Under the pieces are notes generated by a model. The model ran no database searches. It was not told where the DNA came from and was given only the letters and a program-made list of their open reading frames with translations. Below are positions 1-9,748 of a stretch of DNA of 32,000 nt, one piece after another; the first letter of the stretch is position 1; each line of letters begins with the position of its first letter. The DNA is from Candidatus Saccharimonadota bacterium. Its GTDB lineage: Bacteria; Bacteroidota; Bacteroidia; Flavobacteriales; Blattabacteriaceae. Location of the stretch: positions 50,873 to 82,872 of the forward strand of contig NZ_CP104096.1 of NCBI RefSeq assembly GCF_033370915.1. Direction: 5' to 3'. A program made the translations under genes and the position numbers.

Positions 1-40
1 TTTTCAAGACCGTCGCATTTAACCACTCTGCCATCTCTCC
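1..40 (-). tRNA. tRNA-Ser(UGA), 5' part only (the rest lies beyond the window edge)
   Basis: The reverse complement of 1-40 is GGAGAGATGGCAGAGTGGTTAAATGCGACGGTCTTGAAAA. It shows a class-II D-arm and the anticodon loop CT-TGA-AA, close to canonical bacterial tRNA-Ser(UGA). Confidence 0.8.
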
Positions 41-133
41 TTCACCTGTTATAATTATGTATTATATTATTTTAAATAATAAATAGATTTGTATTTATTA
101 TTTTATTAATATTTAATAAATAATTAGTTCATG

Positions 134-205
134 TGACGTAAGGGGGAGTTGAACCCCCGACATTTGGGTTATGAGACCAATACTCTACCACTGAGTTATT
201 ACGTC
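134..205 (-). tRNA. tRNA-Met (CAU), elongator type
   Basis: The reverse complement is GACGTAATAACTCAGTGGTAGAGTATTGGTCTCATAACCCAAATGTCGGGGGTTCAACTCCCCTTACGTCA. It has a 7-bp acceptor stem GACGTAA/TTACGTC, anticodon loop CTCATAA and T-loop TTCAACT. It lacks both initiator and Ile2 signatures. Confidence 0.8.
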
Positions 206-236
206 TTTACTTTATTTATAATATAATAATAATAAA

Positions 237-1400
237 ATGTATAATAAAAATATATTAATAGGAGTATTTAAAAATTATAAAAAAAATTCTGTTGAATATT
301 TAAATGAATTAGAAAATCTTTTAAAGGTTTTTAATGGTAAAGTTAAAAAAAAATTTTTACAAAGAAGATTAAAACCACATAATTTAACATATGTGGGGAA
401 AGGTTTTTTAAAAAAAGTAGCTTTATATGTAAAGGAAAATTTAATAGATACTGTAATATTTGATGATGAATTAACATTAAGTCAAATAAAAAATATTGAA
501 AAAGAAATAAAATGTATAATTTCTGATAGAACAAAATTAATATTAGATATTTTTTTCTATAAAGCAAAAACTTCATATTCTAAAATGCAAATTAAATTGG
601 GTCAATATGAATATTTATTACCTAGATTAACTCATATGTGGAGTCATTTAAAAAGACAAAAAGGTGGAATTGGATTACGTGGACCAGGTGAAAAAGAAAT
701 TGAAACAGATAGAAGATTAATAAAAAAATCAATTTTGATATTAAAAAGAAAAATAAATAAATTAAATTATCAATTATTAATTCAAAGAAAAAGAAGAAAA
801 AATAAACTATCAATATCATTAATAGGATATACAAATGTAGGAAAATCTACAATAATAAGTAAATTAACAAACAATCAATTAGTGATTGATAATAAATATT
901 TTACTACTTTAGATACTAAAGTAAATAATTATTATTTTAAAAATAAAAAATATTTAATGGTTGATACTATAGGTTTTATAAGAAAAATACCAACAACATT
1001 AATAGAATCATTTAAATCAACTTTATTAGAAATTAAATATTCTGACTTAATTTTACATATTGTTGATATATCATCTAATTTTGTAATAGAAAAAATTTTA
1101 TATATAATGAATTTTTTATTAAAATTAAAATTAATAAATAAAAATATTATTATTGTATTTAATAAAATTGATAAAATAAAAAATTTTAATTTATTATATA
1201 TTAAAAAATTATTTAAAAGTAAAAATAAATATTTATTATTTAAGAATAATTATATTTATTATATTTATAAAATAAATAATATAATATATAAAAAAAAAAT
1301 AAAATACATATTATTTACTAAAATTAATAATATATATATTAATAAATTAAAAGAATTTATTTTAATGGTCTCGGCTGGATTTGAACCAGCGACCTCTTGA
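237..1400 (+). CDS. hflX: GTPase HflX
   Basis: 387-aa ORF with the HflX N-terminal domain (QIKLGQYEYLLPRL, RGPGEKEIETDRR) and the G motifs GYTNVGKST, DTIGFI and NKID. The last 11 codons (MVSAGFEPATS) run antisense through tRNA-Ile2. Confidence 0.88.
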   Translation: MYNKNILIGVFKNYKKNSVEYLNELENLLKVFNGKVKKKFLQRRLKPHNLTYVGKGFLKKVALYVKENLIDTVIFDDELTLSQIKNIEKEIKCIISDRTKLILDIFFYKAKTSYSKMQIKLGQYEYLLPRLTHMWSHLKRQKGGIGLRGPGEKEIETDRRLIKKSILILKRKINKLNYQLLIQRKRRKNKLSISLIGYTNVGKSTIISKLTNNQLVIDNKYFTTLDTKVNNYYFKNKKYLMVDTIGFIRKIPTTLIESFKSTLLEIKYSDLILHIVDISSNFVIEKILYIMNFLLKLKLINKNIIIVFNKIDKIKNFNLLYIKKLFKSKNKYLLFKNNYIYYIYKINNIIYKKKIKYILFTKINNIYINKLKEFILMVSAGFEPATS

Positions 1401-1440
1401 TTATGAGTCAAGTGCTATAACCAAACTAAGCTACGAGACC
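1366..1440 (-). tRNA. tRNA-Ile2 (CAU, lysidine type)
   Basis: The reverse complement is GGTCTCGTAGCTTAGTTTGGTTATAGCACTTGACTCATAATCAAGAGGTCGCTGGTTCAAATCCAGCCGAGACCA. The segment GACTCATAATC...GGTCGCTGGTTCAAATCCAGC closely mirrors E. coli tRNA-Ile2 as I recall it. Confidence 0.8.
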
Positions 1441-1498
1441 TATTTATTATATTAATATAATTAATAATAATAAAATAAATAATATATTAATATTTAAT

Positions 1499-4400
1499 TT
1501 ATTTTATAATATCAAAATATATTTTATTATTATTATAACTAATAAAATATTTATTATTAGTATTTTTATAAATTATTTTATTAGTTAATGTTTCTTTACT
1601 AATTATATAATAATATTTTATAAATAATTTTAATATATAATTTTTAATATTTTTATTAATAATTATATTAATTTTATCAGTAAAATAATATTTTTTTTCT
1701 TTTCTTAAAATTTGAATTTTTCTTATAAAATCTCTAATAAAACATTCATTTTTTAAATCATTAGTTATTTTAATATCTAAAATAATTATTATGTTATTAT
1801 TAGAATACATAATAATATTTTTATTTATATTTTCATGTGTTATAAAAATTTCATTTATTTTTATTTTTATTTTATTATTTTTTATATTTAAATATATATA
1901 TTTTTTTTTATTAAATTTTTCAATTTCTTTTTGAGTTAATTGATTTAATAATTTATAAATATTATTAATATTATTTTTATATTTTGGCCCTAATTTTTTA
2001 TAATTTAATTTAATTTTTTTTTTTATATATTTATTAATTTTATTAATATTTATAAAATTAATATTTTTAATATTTACTTCATTATTTAATAAATTTATAA
2101 TTTCTTTATTATTTAAAAATTTTTTATTATGTTTATTTTTTACTATATATACATTATTTAAAGGTTGTCTAACTTTTATATTTTTTTTTTTTCTTAAAGA
2201 TAATATAATACTAGAATATTTTTTAATATATAACATATTATTTTCTATAGATTTATTAATATATTTATTTTTATATTTTGGAAATGATTGTAATATTATA
2301 TTAATTTTATTTTTTTTTTCAATATAATATAATTTTTTATTTAAATATTCCATAACAAATGGAGATATTGGATAAGATATTTTAAATATTTTTTTTAAAC
2401 ATATATATAAAATATTATAAGCTGATATTTTATCATTATCATATTTTTTTTTCCAAAATCTTTTTCTTGATAATCTAATATACCAATTACTTAAATCATT
2501 AATTACAAAATTATATATATTTCTAGCTATATAAGTAATATTATATAATTTATAATATTTATAAGTTTTAAATAATAATTTATTAAGTTTTGATAATATC
2601 CAATAATCAATATACTTTTTTTTATATTTATCTTTAATATTAAAATTATCAATTTTAGAATAATTATAAAAAAATCTAAATATATTATATAAGGTATTAA
2701 AGAATTTATTTTTTATTTTATTAATATTATTAATATTAAATTTTAAGTTTTTCCAAGGTAAATTATTATAAACCATATACCATCTTATACAATCAGGACC
2801 ATATTTTTTAATTATTTTAAATGGATCTATTGTATTTCCTTTACTTTTTGACATTTTTTTACCATTTTTATCTAAAATTATACCTAATGGTAATACATTT
2901 TTATAAGATATAGAATTTGAAATTATAGTAGATATAGTATGTAATGTAAAAAACCATCCTCTTGTTTGATCAATGCCTTCTGTAATAAAATCATATGGTA
3001 ATATAATAGTTTTAGTTTTAAAAGGAAAATAATGTTGAGCATAAGGTGAAACACCTGAATCAAACCATACATCAATTACATCAGGTTCTCTATACATTTT
3101 ATTATTAGTTTTAGAAGATAAAATAATTTTATCAATAAAATGTTTATGTAAATCAATTTTTTTATTTATTTTTAAAGGATTGTTTTTCATAAAACCTAAT
3201 TTTATTGATTTTTTAATTTCTTTATTTAATTCTTTTAAAGAACCTATTACTAAAAATTCTTTTTCATTTTTAGTTCTCCATATTGGTAATGGAGTTCCCC
3301 AAAATCTAGTTCTTGAAATATTCCAATTTTTTATATTTTTTAACCAATTTTTAAATTTATTTTTTATAAAATTAGTAGAACACCAATTAATAGTATTACT
3401 TAATTTGATTAATTTATTTTTTATTTTATTTAAATTTATAAACCATGATTTTATTGGATAATATATAATAGGTTTATTTGTTCTCCAGCAATGTGGATAT
3501 AAATGTTTATATTTTTTTATTTTAAAAATTTTATTTTTTTTTTTTAAATATTTAATTATAATTTTATCAACTGAAAATTTATTATTTTTATAATATTGTT
3601 TTTTTATATATTTGCCACCTAAACCTAATGGTACTTGTTTAATATATTTGCCATTATTATCTACAATATTATAGAAATTATCAATATTATTAATTTTAGC
3701 TATTTCATAATCTTCTTTTCCATAATTTGGGGCTATATGTATAATTCCTGTTCCAAGTTTTTTATTGATAATATTTAAGGTATCATTTATAATTAAAAAA
3801 ATTTTATTTTTATTATTCTTTTTATATAAAGGTTTAAACCATTTTATTAATTGTTTATATTTTAAACCAATTAATTTTTTACCTAAAAATTTTAATAATA
3901 TTTTATATTTTTTATTTTTTAATACTTTTTTAATCGAATATTTAGATAAAATAATATTAATATATTTTAATTCATATATATTATATACTTTTACTAAATA
4001 ATAATACATATCATGTTTTACCAATAAAGCAGAATTAGATGGTAAAGTCCATGGTGTTGTAGTCCAAGCTAATAAATATATTTTATAATAATTAAAAAAT
4101 TTATTATTTTTTAATTCAAATAAAACATATATTGAAAAATCAATAATTTTTTTATGAGTATATGGAAGATTAAGTTCTTGATAACTTATAGGGGTACCTG
4201 CTATAGGTGAATATGGTAATACTTTATATTCTTTATATAATAATTTTTTATTATATATTTTTTTAATTATCCACCAAATACTTTCTATATATTTATTAGA
4301 ATAAGTAATAAAATAATTTTTTTTATTAAAAAAATAACCAATATAATTTGTAAATTTTTTCCATATAATTAAATTTTTTTTTATAAATTTTTTACAATAT

Positions 4401-4720
4401 TTATTGAATAATTTAACAGTAATTTTTTTACCTATATCTTTTTTTTTTATTTTTAATTGTTTTTCTACTTCTATTTCAATAGGTAAACCATGAGTGTCCC
4501 AACCAATTTTATATATTACTTTATAATTATTCATTGTATAAAATCTATATATTATATCTTTAATTATTCTAGCAAATATATGATGTACACCTGGTTTTCC
4601 ATTCATTGAAGGTGGACCATCTAATATAATAAATTGTTTTTTATTTTTTCTATAATAAAATAACAAATTTTTTTTTTTCCATTTATTAAATATTTTTTTA
4701 TAAATTTTATATAAATTCAC
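1499..4720 (-). CDS. ileS: Isoleucyl-tRNA synthetase (type 2); non-ATG start (GTG at 4720 or ATT at 4723)
   Basis: The long ORF carries DGPPSMNGKPGVHHIFAR (HIGH region), KMSKSKGN and editing-domain motifs. The ORF-track start at 4783 reads through tRNA-Glu on the same strand, so it is not real. The first ATG downstream of the tRNA lies inside the catalytic core (SMNG). Confidence 0.9.
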   Translation of the reverse strand: MNLYKIYKKIFNKWKKKNLLFYYRKNKKQFIILDGPPSMNGKPGVHHIFARIIKDIIYRFYTMNNYKVIYKIGWDTHGLPIEIEVEKQLKIKKKDIGKKITVKLFNKYCKKFIKKNLIIWKKFTNYIGYFFNKKNYFITYSNKYIESIWWIIKKIYNKKLLYKEYKVLPYSPIAGTPISYQELNLPYTHKKIIDFSIYVLFELKNNKFFNYYKIYLLAWTTTPWTLPSNSALLVKHDMYYYLVKVYNIYELKYINIILSKYSIKKVLKNKKYKILLKFLGKKLIGLKYKQLIKWFKPLYKKNNKNKIFLIINDTLNIINKKLGTGIIHIAPNYGKEDYEIAKINNIDNFYNIVDNNGKYIKQVPLGLGGKYIKKQYYKNNKFSVDKIIIKYLKKKNKIFKIKKYKHLYPHCWRTNKPIIYYPIKSWFINLNKIKNKLIKLSNTINWCSTNFIKNKFKNWLKNIKNWNISRTRFWGTPLPIWRTKNEKEFLVIGSLKELNKEIKKSIKLGFMKNNPLKINKKIDLHKHFIDKIILSSKTNNKMYREPDVIDVWFDSGVSPYAQHYFPFKTKTIILPYDFITEGIDQTRGWFFTLHTISTIISNSISYKNVLPLGIILDKNGKKMSKSKGNTIDPFKIIKKYGPDCIRWYMVYNNLPWKNLKFNINNINKIKNKFFNTLYNIFRFFYNYSKIDNFNIKDKYKKKYIDYWILSKLNKLLFKTYKYYKLYNITYIARNIYNFVINDLSNWYIRLSRKRFWKKKYDNDKISAYNILYICLKKIFKISYPISPFVMEYLNKKLYYIEKKNKINIILQSFPKYKNKYINKSIENNMLYIKKYSSIILSLRKKKNIKVRQPLNNVYIVKNKHNKKFLNNKEIINLLNNEVNIKNINFININKINKYIKKKIKLNYKKLGPKYKNNINNIYKLLNQLTQKEIEKFNKKKYIYLNIKNNKIKIKINEIFITHENINKNIIMYSNNNIIIILDIKITNDLKNECFIRDFIRKIQILRKEKKYYFTDKINIIINKNIKNYILKLFIKYYYIISKETLTNKIIYKNTNNKYFISYNNNKIYFDIIK

Positions 4721-4725
4721 AATAT

Positions 4726-4797
4726 TAGCCCATAGGGGAATTGAACCCCTCTTTCCAGAATGAAAATCTGACGTCCTAACCAATAGACTAATGGGCT
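4726..4797 (-). tRNA. tRNA-Glu (UUC)
   Basis: The reverse complement is AGCCCATTAGTCTATTGGTTAGGACGTCAGATTTTCATTCTGGAAAGAGGGGTTCAATTCCCCTATGGGCTA. It has acceptor stem AGCCCAT/ATGGGCT, anticodon stem TCAGA/TCTGG and loop TT-TTC-AT. Confidence 0.88.
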
Positions 4798-4962
4798 ATA
4801 GATATATAATATTTAATTTATATATTAATTTATAATATTACAAATTCTATAATTATTATAAAAAATTAATTTAAATAATAAAAATGAATATGAAAAATAT
4901 AAATATTTTTGAATGTAAAAAAAAACATATAATTAAAAAAAATTTTAAAATTTAGTATATTT

Positions 4963-6789
4963 TTATTTAATATATATAATTAAAATATTAATATCAGAAG
5001 GCGTAATACCACTAATTCTAGAAGCTTGACCAATTGAAAAAGGACGATAATAATTTAATTTTTCTTGAGCTTCTTTTGATAAAGAGTTAATTTTAAAATA
5101 ATTAAAATTTTTAGGAATTTTTAAATATTCTAATTTTTTCATTAATTTAACAATTTTTTTTTCTTTTTTTATATAATATTCATATTTAATATAATTAGAA
5201 ATAATATGTTTATATTTAAAAAAATATTTAATATAATTTTTAATAAATTTATTATTTATTAAATTTAAATTTTTTAATATATAATCAATAGTAATTTTAG
5301 GTCTTAATAATAAATTTTTTATATTTATTTTTTTATTATTAAAAATAATAGTTTTATTTTTTATATAATTAATAATTTTTTTAATTACAATTTTTTTTTT
5401 AATTACTTTTTTAAAATATTTTTTTTTTATAAGTCCTAATTTATAACCTTTTTTAGTTAATCTAATATCAGCATTATCTTGTCTTAATAAAATTCTATAT
5501 TCTGCTCTAGAAGTAAATATTCTATAAGGTTCTTTAGTACCTTTATTAACTAAATCATCAATTAAAACACCTATATAACCTTCATTTCTTTTTAATATAA
5601 ATGGTTTTTTAGAATTTATTTTTAAATAAGCATTTATACCAGCCATTAAACCTTGACAAGCAGCTTCTTCATAACCAGTAGTACCATTTATTTGACCAGC
5701 AAAAAATAAATTATTAATTTTTTTTGTTTCTAATGTTAATTTTAATTGTATAGGATTAAAATAATCATATTCTACAGCATAACCATATTGTAGAATTTTA
5801 ACTTTTTCTAAGCCTTTTATTGTTTTTATTGATTTATATTGAATTTTTTTAGGTAAACTAGTAGAAAAACCATTAATATAAATAATATTGCTTTTCCATC
5901 CATCTGGTTCAATAAAAATTTGGTGTTTATTTTTATTTTTAAATTTTAAAACTTTATCTTCAATAGAAGGACAATATCTAGGGCCATTATTATTTATAAT
6001 ACCATTATAAAAAGGAGATTTATGAAGATTATTAATAATTATTTTATGAGTTTTAGGATTAGTAAATGCTATATAACAGTTTTTTTGTTTTTTTAATTTT
6101 TTATTTTTAAAAAATGAAAAATTATTATTATTTTTATCCCCTTTTTGTTTAAATAATTTTTTAAAATTAATAGTTTTTTTTAAAATTCTTGGAGATGTAC
6201 CAGTTTTCATTTTATTATATATAATTCCATGTTTTTTTAATTGTTCACTAATACCTATAGAAGATTTTTCATTTATTCTACCTCCTTTATAAGATTTATT
6301 TCCAATACATATTTTACCATTTAAAAATGTACCATTAGTTAATATTACTGATTTACTAAATATTTTTTTATTATTTTTAGTAATTACACCTAAAATATTT
6401 TTATTTTTTATAATTAATTTTATAACTATATCTTGTAAAATATTTATTTTTTTTTTTTTTAATATTTTTAAAATATTTTTAATATATAATTTTCTATCTA
6501 TTTGTGCTCTTGGACTCCACATTGCTGGTCCTTTAGATTTATTTAACATTCTAAATTGTATCATAGAAGAATCTGCTAATTTTCCCATATAACCTCCTAA
6601 AGCATCAATTTCTCTTACTATTTGACCTTTTCCTATACCCCCAATAGAAGGATTACATGACATTTTTCCGATAGTATTAATATTCATAGTTATTAATAAC
6701 GATTTAGCACCTAAATTATGTGATGCTAATATAGCTTCTATTCCTGAATGTCCACCACCAACTATTATAATATCATATTTATTTATCAT
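4963..6789 (-). CDS. mnmG: tRNA uridine 5-carboxymethylaminomethyl modification enzyme MnmG (GidA)
   Basis: 608 aa with the FAD motif DIIIVGGGHSGIEA, plus GQINGTTGYEEAACQG and the C-terminal GQASRISGITPSDI. Confidence 0.93.
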   Translation of the reverse strand: MINKYDIIIVGGGHSGIEAILASHNLGAKSLLITMNINTIGKMSCNPSIGGIGKGQIVREIDALGGYMGKLADSSMIQFRMLNKSKGPAMWSPRAQIDRKLYIKNILKILKKKKINILQDIVIKLIIKNKNILGVITKNNKKIFSKSVILTNGTFLNGKICIGNKSYKGGRINEKSSIGISEQLKKHGIIYNKMKTGTSPRILKKTINFKKLFKQKGDKNNNNFSFFKNKKLKKQKNCYIAFTNPKTHKIIINNLHKSPFYNGIINNNGPRYCPSIEDKVLKFKNKNKHQIFIEPDGWKSNIIYINGFSTSLPKKIQYKSIKTIKGLEKVKILQYGYAVEYDYFNPIQLKLTLETKKINNLFFAGQINGTTGYEEAACQGLMAGINAYLKINSKKPFILKRNEGYIGVLIDDLVNKGTKEPYRIFTSRAEYRILLRQDNADIRLTKKGYKLGLIKKKYFKKVIKKKIVIKKIINYIKNKTIIFNNKKINIKNLLLRPKITIDYILKNLNLINNKFIKNYIKYFFKYKHIISNYIKYEYYIKKEKKIVKLMKKLEYLKIPKNFNYFKINSLSKEAQEKLNYYRPFSIGQASRISGITPSDINILIIYIK

Positions 6790-7229
6790 ATAAAATTTAA
6801 TTTTAATATTTTAAAAAAATATTTATAAAAATAAATATTTTGTTTATAATTCATAAGTTTAAAAGATTTTTTGTCAATATCATTATAACCTATTAAATGT
6901 AATAGAGAGTGTATAATAACCAATTTAATTTCTGAATCAAAAACTTGTTTATATATAATTGAATTATATAATACTTGATCATAACTAATAAAAATATCTC
7001 CGTATATTATCTTATTATTATAAGAATAATTAAAACTAATAGTATCAGTATATTCTGATTTATTTAAAAATTTACTATTTAATTCAAAAATATATTTATT
7101 ATTACAAAAAATATAATTAACTTTATAAAGTTTTTTTTTTTCTTTATAAATAATTTTTTTAATTATGTATTTAATAATTTTAATATTATAAATAGTAATT
7201 TTGTTATTAAATATAAAAAACTTTATCAT
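6786..7229 (-). CDS. ybeY: rRNA maturation endoribonuclease YbeY
   Basis: 147 aa with the zinc motif HSLLHLIGYND. Its stop overlaps the mnmG start by 4 nt. Confidence 0.85.
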   Translation of the reverse strand: MIKFFIFNNKITIYNIKIIKYIIKKIIYKEKKKLYKVNYIFCNNKYIFELNSKFLNKSEYTDTISFNYSYNNKIIYGDIFISYDQVLYNSIIYKQVFDSEIKLVIIHSLLHLIGYNDIDKKSFKLMNYKQNIYFYKYFFKILKLNFI

Positions 7230-7244
7230 TTTAATTATAATAAT

Positions 7245-8222
7245 ATGTTATTTAATAATTTTATAGATTATATTAATGTAATTTGTATAAGTGGTAAAGG
7301 TGGAAATGGTAAAGTGCATTTTACTTATAATAATAAAAAAATAGGTAAACCTGATGGTGGAAATGGAGGAAATGGTGGAAATATAATATTTATAAGTGAT
7401 AAAAATATGTTTACATTATTTAATATAAAAAAATATTATAAAGCTTATAATGGTGAAAATGGAAAAAATAATTGTAAAACTGGAAAAAATGGAAAAAATT
7501 GTATAATAAAAATACCAATAGGAACAAAATTGATAAAAAAAAATAATAAAATTAATTTTAATAAAAATAATATAAGAAAAATAATATTATTAGGAGGAAA
7601 AGGAGGAAAAGGAAATAATTTTTATAAAAAATCTAATGATCAAAAAACTAAAAAATATACTAACGGAAAAAATGGGATAAAAACAAATATAAAATTAATT
7701 TTAAATATAAAAGTAGATATTGGAATAGTAGGATTTCCTAATACAGGAAAATCAACAATATTATCATTATTAACAAAGAATAAACCTAATATAGATAATT
7801 ATAATTTTACTACTATTACTCCAAATTTAGGAATATATAAAAATAATAAAAAATATAATATAATAATAATGGATTTACCAGCTATTATAGAAAAATCTTA
7901 TAAAGGAAAAGGTATAGGAAATAAATATTTAAGACATATAAAAAAACATAAATTATTATTATTAGTAATTAATTTAAATTCAATAAAAGAATTTATTTAT
8001 CAATTAATAACTTTAAAAAAAGAATTAAAAAAAAGTAATGTAAAAATATATAAAAATAAAACTATTATAATTATATCTAAAATTGATAACTTAAATAAAA
8101 AATTAATTAATATTGTAAGTTATTATTTAAAAAAAAAAAATTATTATTATTGTTTTTTTTCTAAAAAAAAACAAAAATATGTTTTATATTTAAAAAAAAA
8201 AATTAATTATTTTTTTAAATAA
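7245..8222 (+). CDS. obg: GTPase Obg/CgtA
   Basis: 325 aa with a glycine-rich Obg fold (GKGGNGKVHF, DGGNGGNGGN, GENGKN). The G domain has GFPNTGKST and SKID, and YLRHIKKH matches FLRHIER. Confidence 0.9.
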   Translation: MLFNNFIDYINVICISGKGGNGKVHFTYNNKKIGKPDGGNGGNGGNIIFISDKNMFTLFNIKKYYKAYNGENGKNNCKTGKNGKNCIIKIPIGTKLIKKNNKINFNKNNIRKIILLGGKGGKGNNFYKKSNDQKTKKYTNGKNGIKTNIKLILNIKVDIGIVGFPNTGKSTILSLLTKNKPNIDNYNFTTITPNLGIYKNNKKYNIIIMDLPAIIEKSYKGKGIGNKYLRHIKKHKLLLLVINLNSIKEFIYQLITLKKELKKSNVKIYKNKTIIIISKIDNLNKKLINIVSYYLKKKNYYYCFFSKKKQKYVLYLKKKINYFFK

Positions 8223-9232
8223 TTTATTAAATTTTTTATATCATTAGGAATATCAATAATAAATTTTATATTTTTTTTAGTTGTTGGATGTTTAAATTTT
8301 AAATAATAAGCATGTAAAGCTTGTCTAGGTAAAATATTAAAACAATTATTAATAGTTTTAGTATATTTATTTTTATTATAAAAATTATTAAATTTATATA
8401 ATATTTTATTTCCACCGTATATATCATCATTAAATATAGGATTACCAATATAATTTAAATGAACTCTAATTTGATGAGTTCTTCCTGTTTTTATTATACA
8501 TTTTATTAAAGTTAAAAATTTATAATTTTTTATTATTTTATATTTAGTTATTGCTAATTTTCCATATTTTTTATTTGAATAAACTTTCATTTTTATTCTA
8601 TTTTTTATATTTCTTCCAATATAATTATTTATTATATAATAATTATTAATTGGTTTTCCCCATACTAATGCAATATATTGTTTTTTGATTGTTTTATTTA
8701 AAAATTGTAATTTTAAATTATTATAACTATTAATATTTTTAGCAATAATTAACAAACCAGAAGTATTTTTATCTAATCTATGTAATAAACCTAATCTATA
8801 ATTAAAATAATTTAATTGATTTATATTATTTTTATAATAATAATATTTTAACCAATTTATTAATGTATTTTTATAATTTCCATGTCCTGGATGTACAATT
8901 AAACCAGGTTGTTTATTAATAATTAATATATCATTATCTTCATAATGAATATTTATTTTTATTTTTTTATTTTGGTAAATAAATTTTTTTTTATTTTTAT
9001 AAAAAAAATCTTTTTTATAAATAAAAATAATTTTATCATTAATATTTAATTTATTATTTTTTTTTATTTTATTATTATTTAATAACACATTACCAATTTT
9101 TATATTATTTTGTATTTTTTTTCTTGATATTTTTTTTTTTTTAAAATAATTAAATAAAAATTTATCAATTCTTATATTTTTTGTAAATATTTTTTTATTT
9201 ATATTTATATATATTTTTTTTTCCTTCAACAT
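8207..9232 (-). CDS. rluD: 23S rRNA pseudouridine synthase, RluA/RluD family
   Basis: 341 aa with an N-terminal S4-like domain (RIDKFL...ISRKKIQNNIKIGNVLLNN), the catalytic HRLDKNTSGLL motif and TGRTHQIRVH. Confidence 0.85.
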   Translation of the reverse strand: MLKEKKIYININKKIFTKNIRIDKFLFNYFKKKKISRKKIQNNIKIGNVLLNNNKIKKNNKLNINDKIIFIYKKDFFYKNKKKFIYQNKKIKINIHYEDNDILIINKQPGLIVHPGHGNYKNTLINWLKYYYYKNNINQLNYFNYRLGLLHRLDKNTSGLLIIAKNINSYNNLKLQFLNKTIKKQYIALVWGKPINNYYIINNYIGRNIKNRIKMKVYSNKKYGKLAITKYKIIKNYKFLTLIKCIIKTGRTHQIRVHLNYIGNPIFNDDIYGGNKILYKFNNFYNKNKYTKTINNCFNILPRQALHAYYLKFKHPTTKKNIKFIIDIPNDIKNLINYLKK

Positions 9233-9277
9233 TTTTAATTTTATTATTTAATTATTTTTATAATTTTTATTTATGTA

Positions 9278-9662
9278 TGGAGTTGGCGGGATTTGAACCC
9301 GCGTCCATATTAAAATAATTAAATATTATTTACATATTTATCTAATTTTTATAAGATTTTTTTTTATAAATTAGAAAATTAATAAAAAAAATCTTTCTAT
9401 TTTATGTTTATAATATAAAATCTAAAATAGAAAAAATAATTTTATATTTTTGTAAATTATTTATTAAATTTATTAAATTAAATATTTTAATTTAATAAAT
9501 CATCTTGCACTAATTTTATTTAGTAAAGCTATTAAGCAGCAAGATTATAATAATTAGTTTTTCCTTGTATTTATTATAATATTTTTTTAAAGTGTAATAT
9601 TAAAAAACACTATATGAATATTTTAATATATTTTAATATGTCAAAACCAATTTAACAACCCC
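9278..9662 (-). ncRNA. ssrA: tmRNA (SsrA)
   Basis: On the minus strand the 5' end is GGGGTTGTTAAATTGGTTTTGACA. The 3' end is GGACGCGGGTTCAAATCCCGCCAACTCCA, a tRNA-like T-arm plus an acceptor stem complementary to the 5' GGGGTTG. The internal tag frame at 9564-9532 reads GGA AAA ACT AAT TAT TAT AAT CTT GCT GCT TAA, giving GKTNYYNLAA and a stop. Confidence 0.88.
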
Positions 9663-9748
9663 TAATTGTATTGAATATTATATATAATATATAATATTAA
9701 AAAATATAATATTACTAATAATATATTTATTATTATTATTATTATTAT

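Noticed and set aside
343-834. Antisense ORFs 343-576 and 622-834, opposite hflX.
   Set aside because: They encode F/L/I/Y-rich low-complexity peptides, which is what the T-rich complement of an A-rich coding strand produces. They resemble no known family and overlap a well-supported gene completely. The same reasoning applies to 3180-3461, 3765-4001, 17527-17709, 18458-18640, 19863-20078, 20283-20534, 20833-21036, 25864-26199 and 29894-30091.
4721-4783. The ORF-track N-terminal extension of ileS (MVRTSDFHSGKRGSIPLWA...).
   Set aside because: These codons are simply tRNA-Glu(UUC) read in the same strand (4797-4726). An IleS N-terminus encoded by a tRNA is implausible, so the start was moved to GTG or ATT at 4720/4723.
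4884-4955. 23-codon ORF (MNMKNINIFECKKKHIIKKNFKI) in the tRNA-Glu/mnmG spacer.
   Set aside because: It is too short and low in complexity to support, and it shows no conservation signal I can see.
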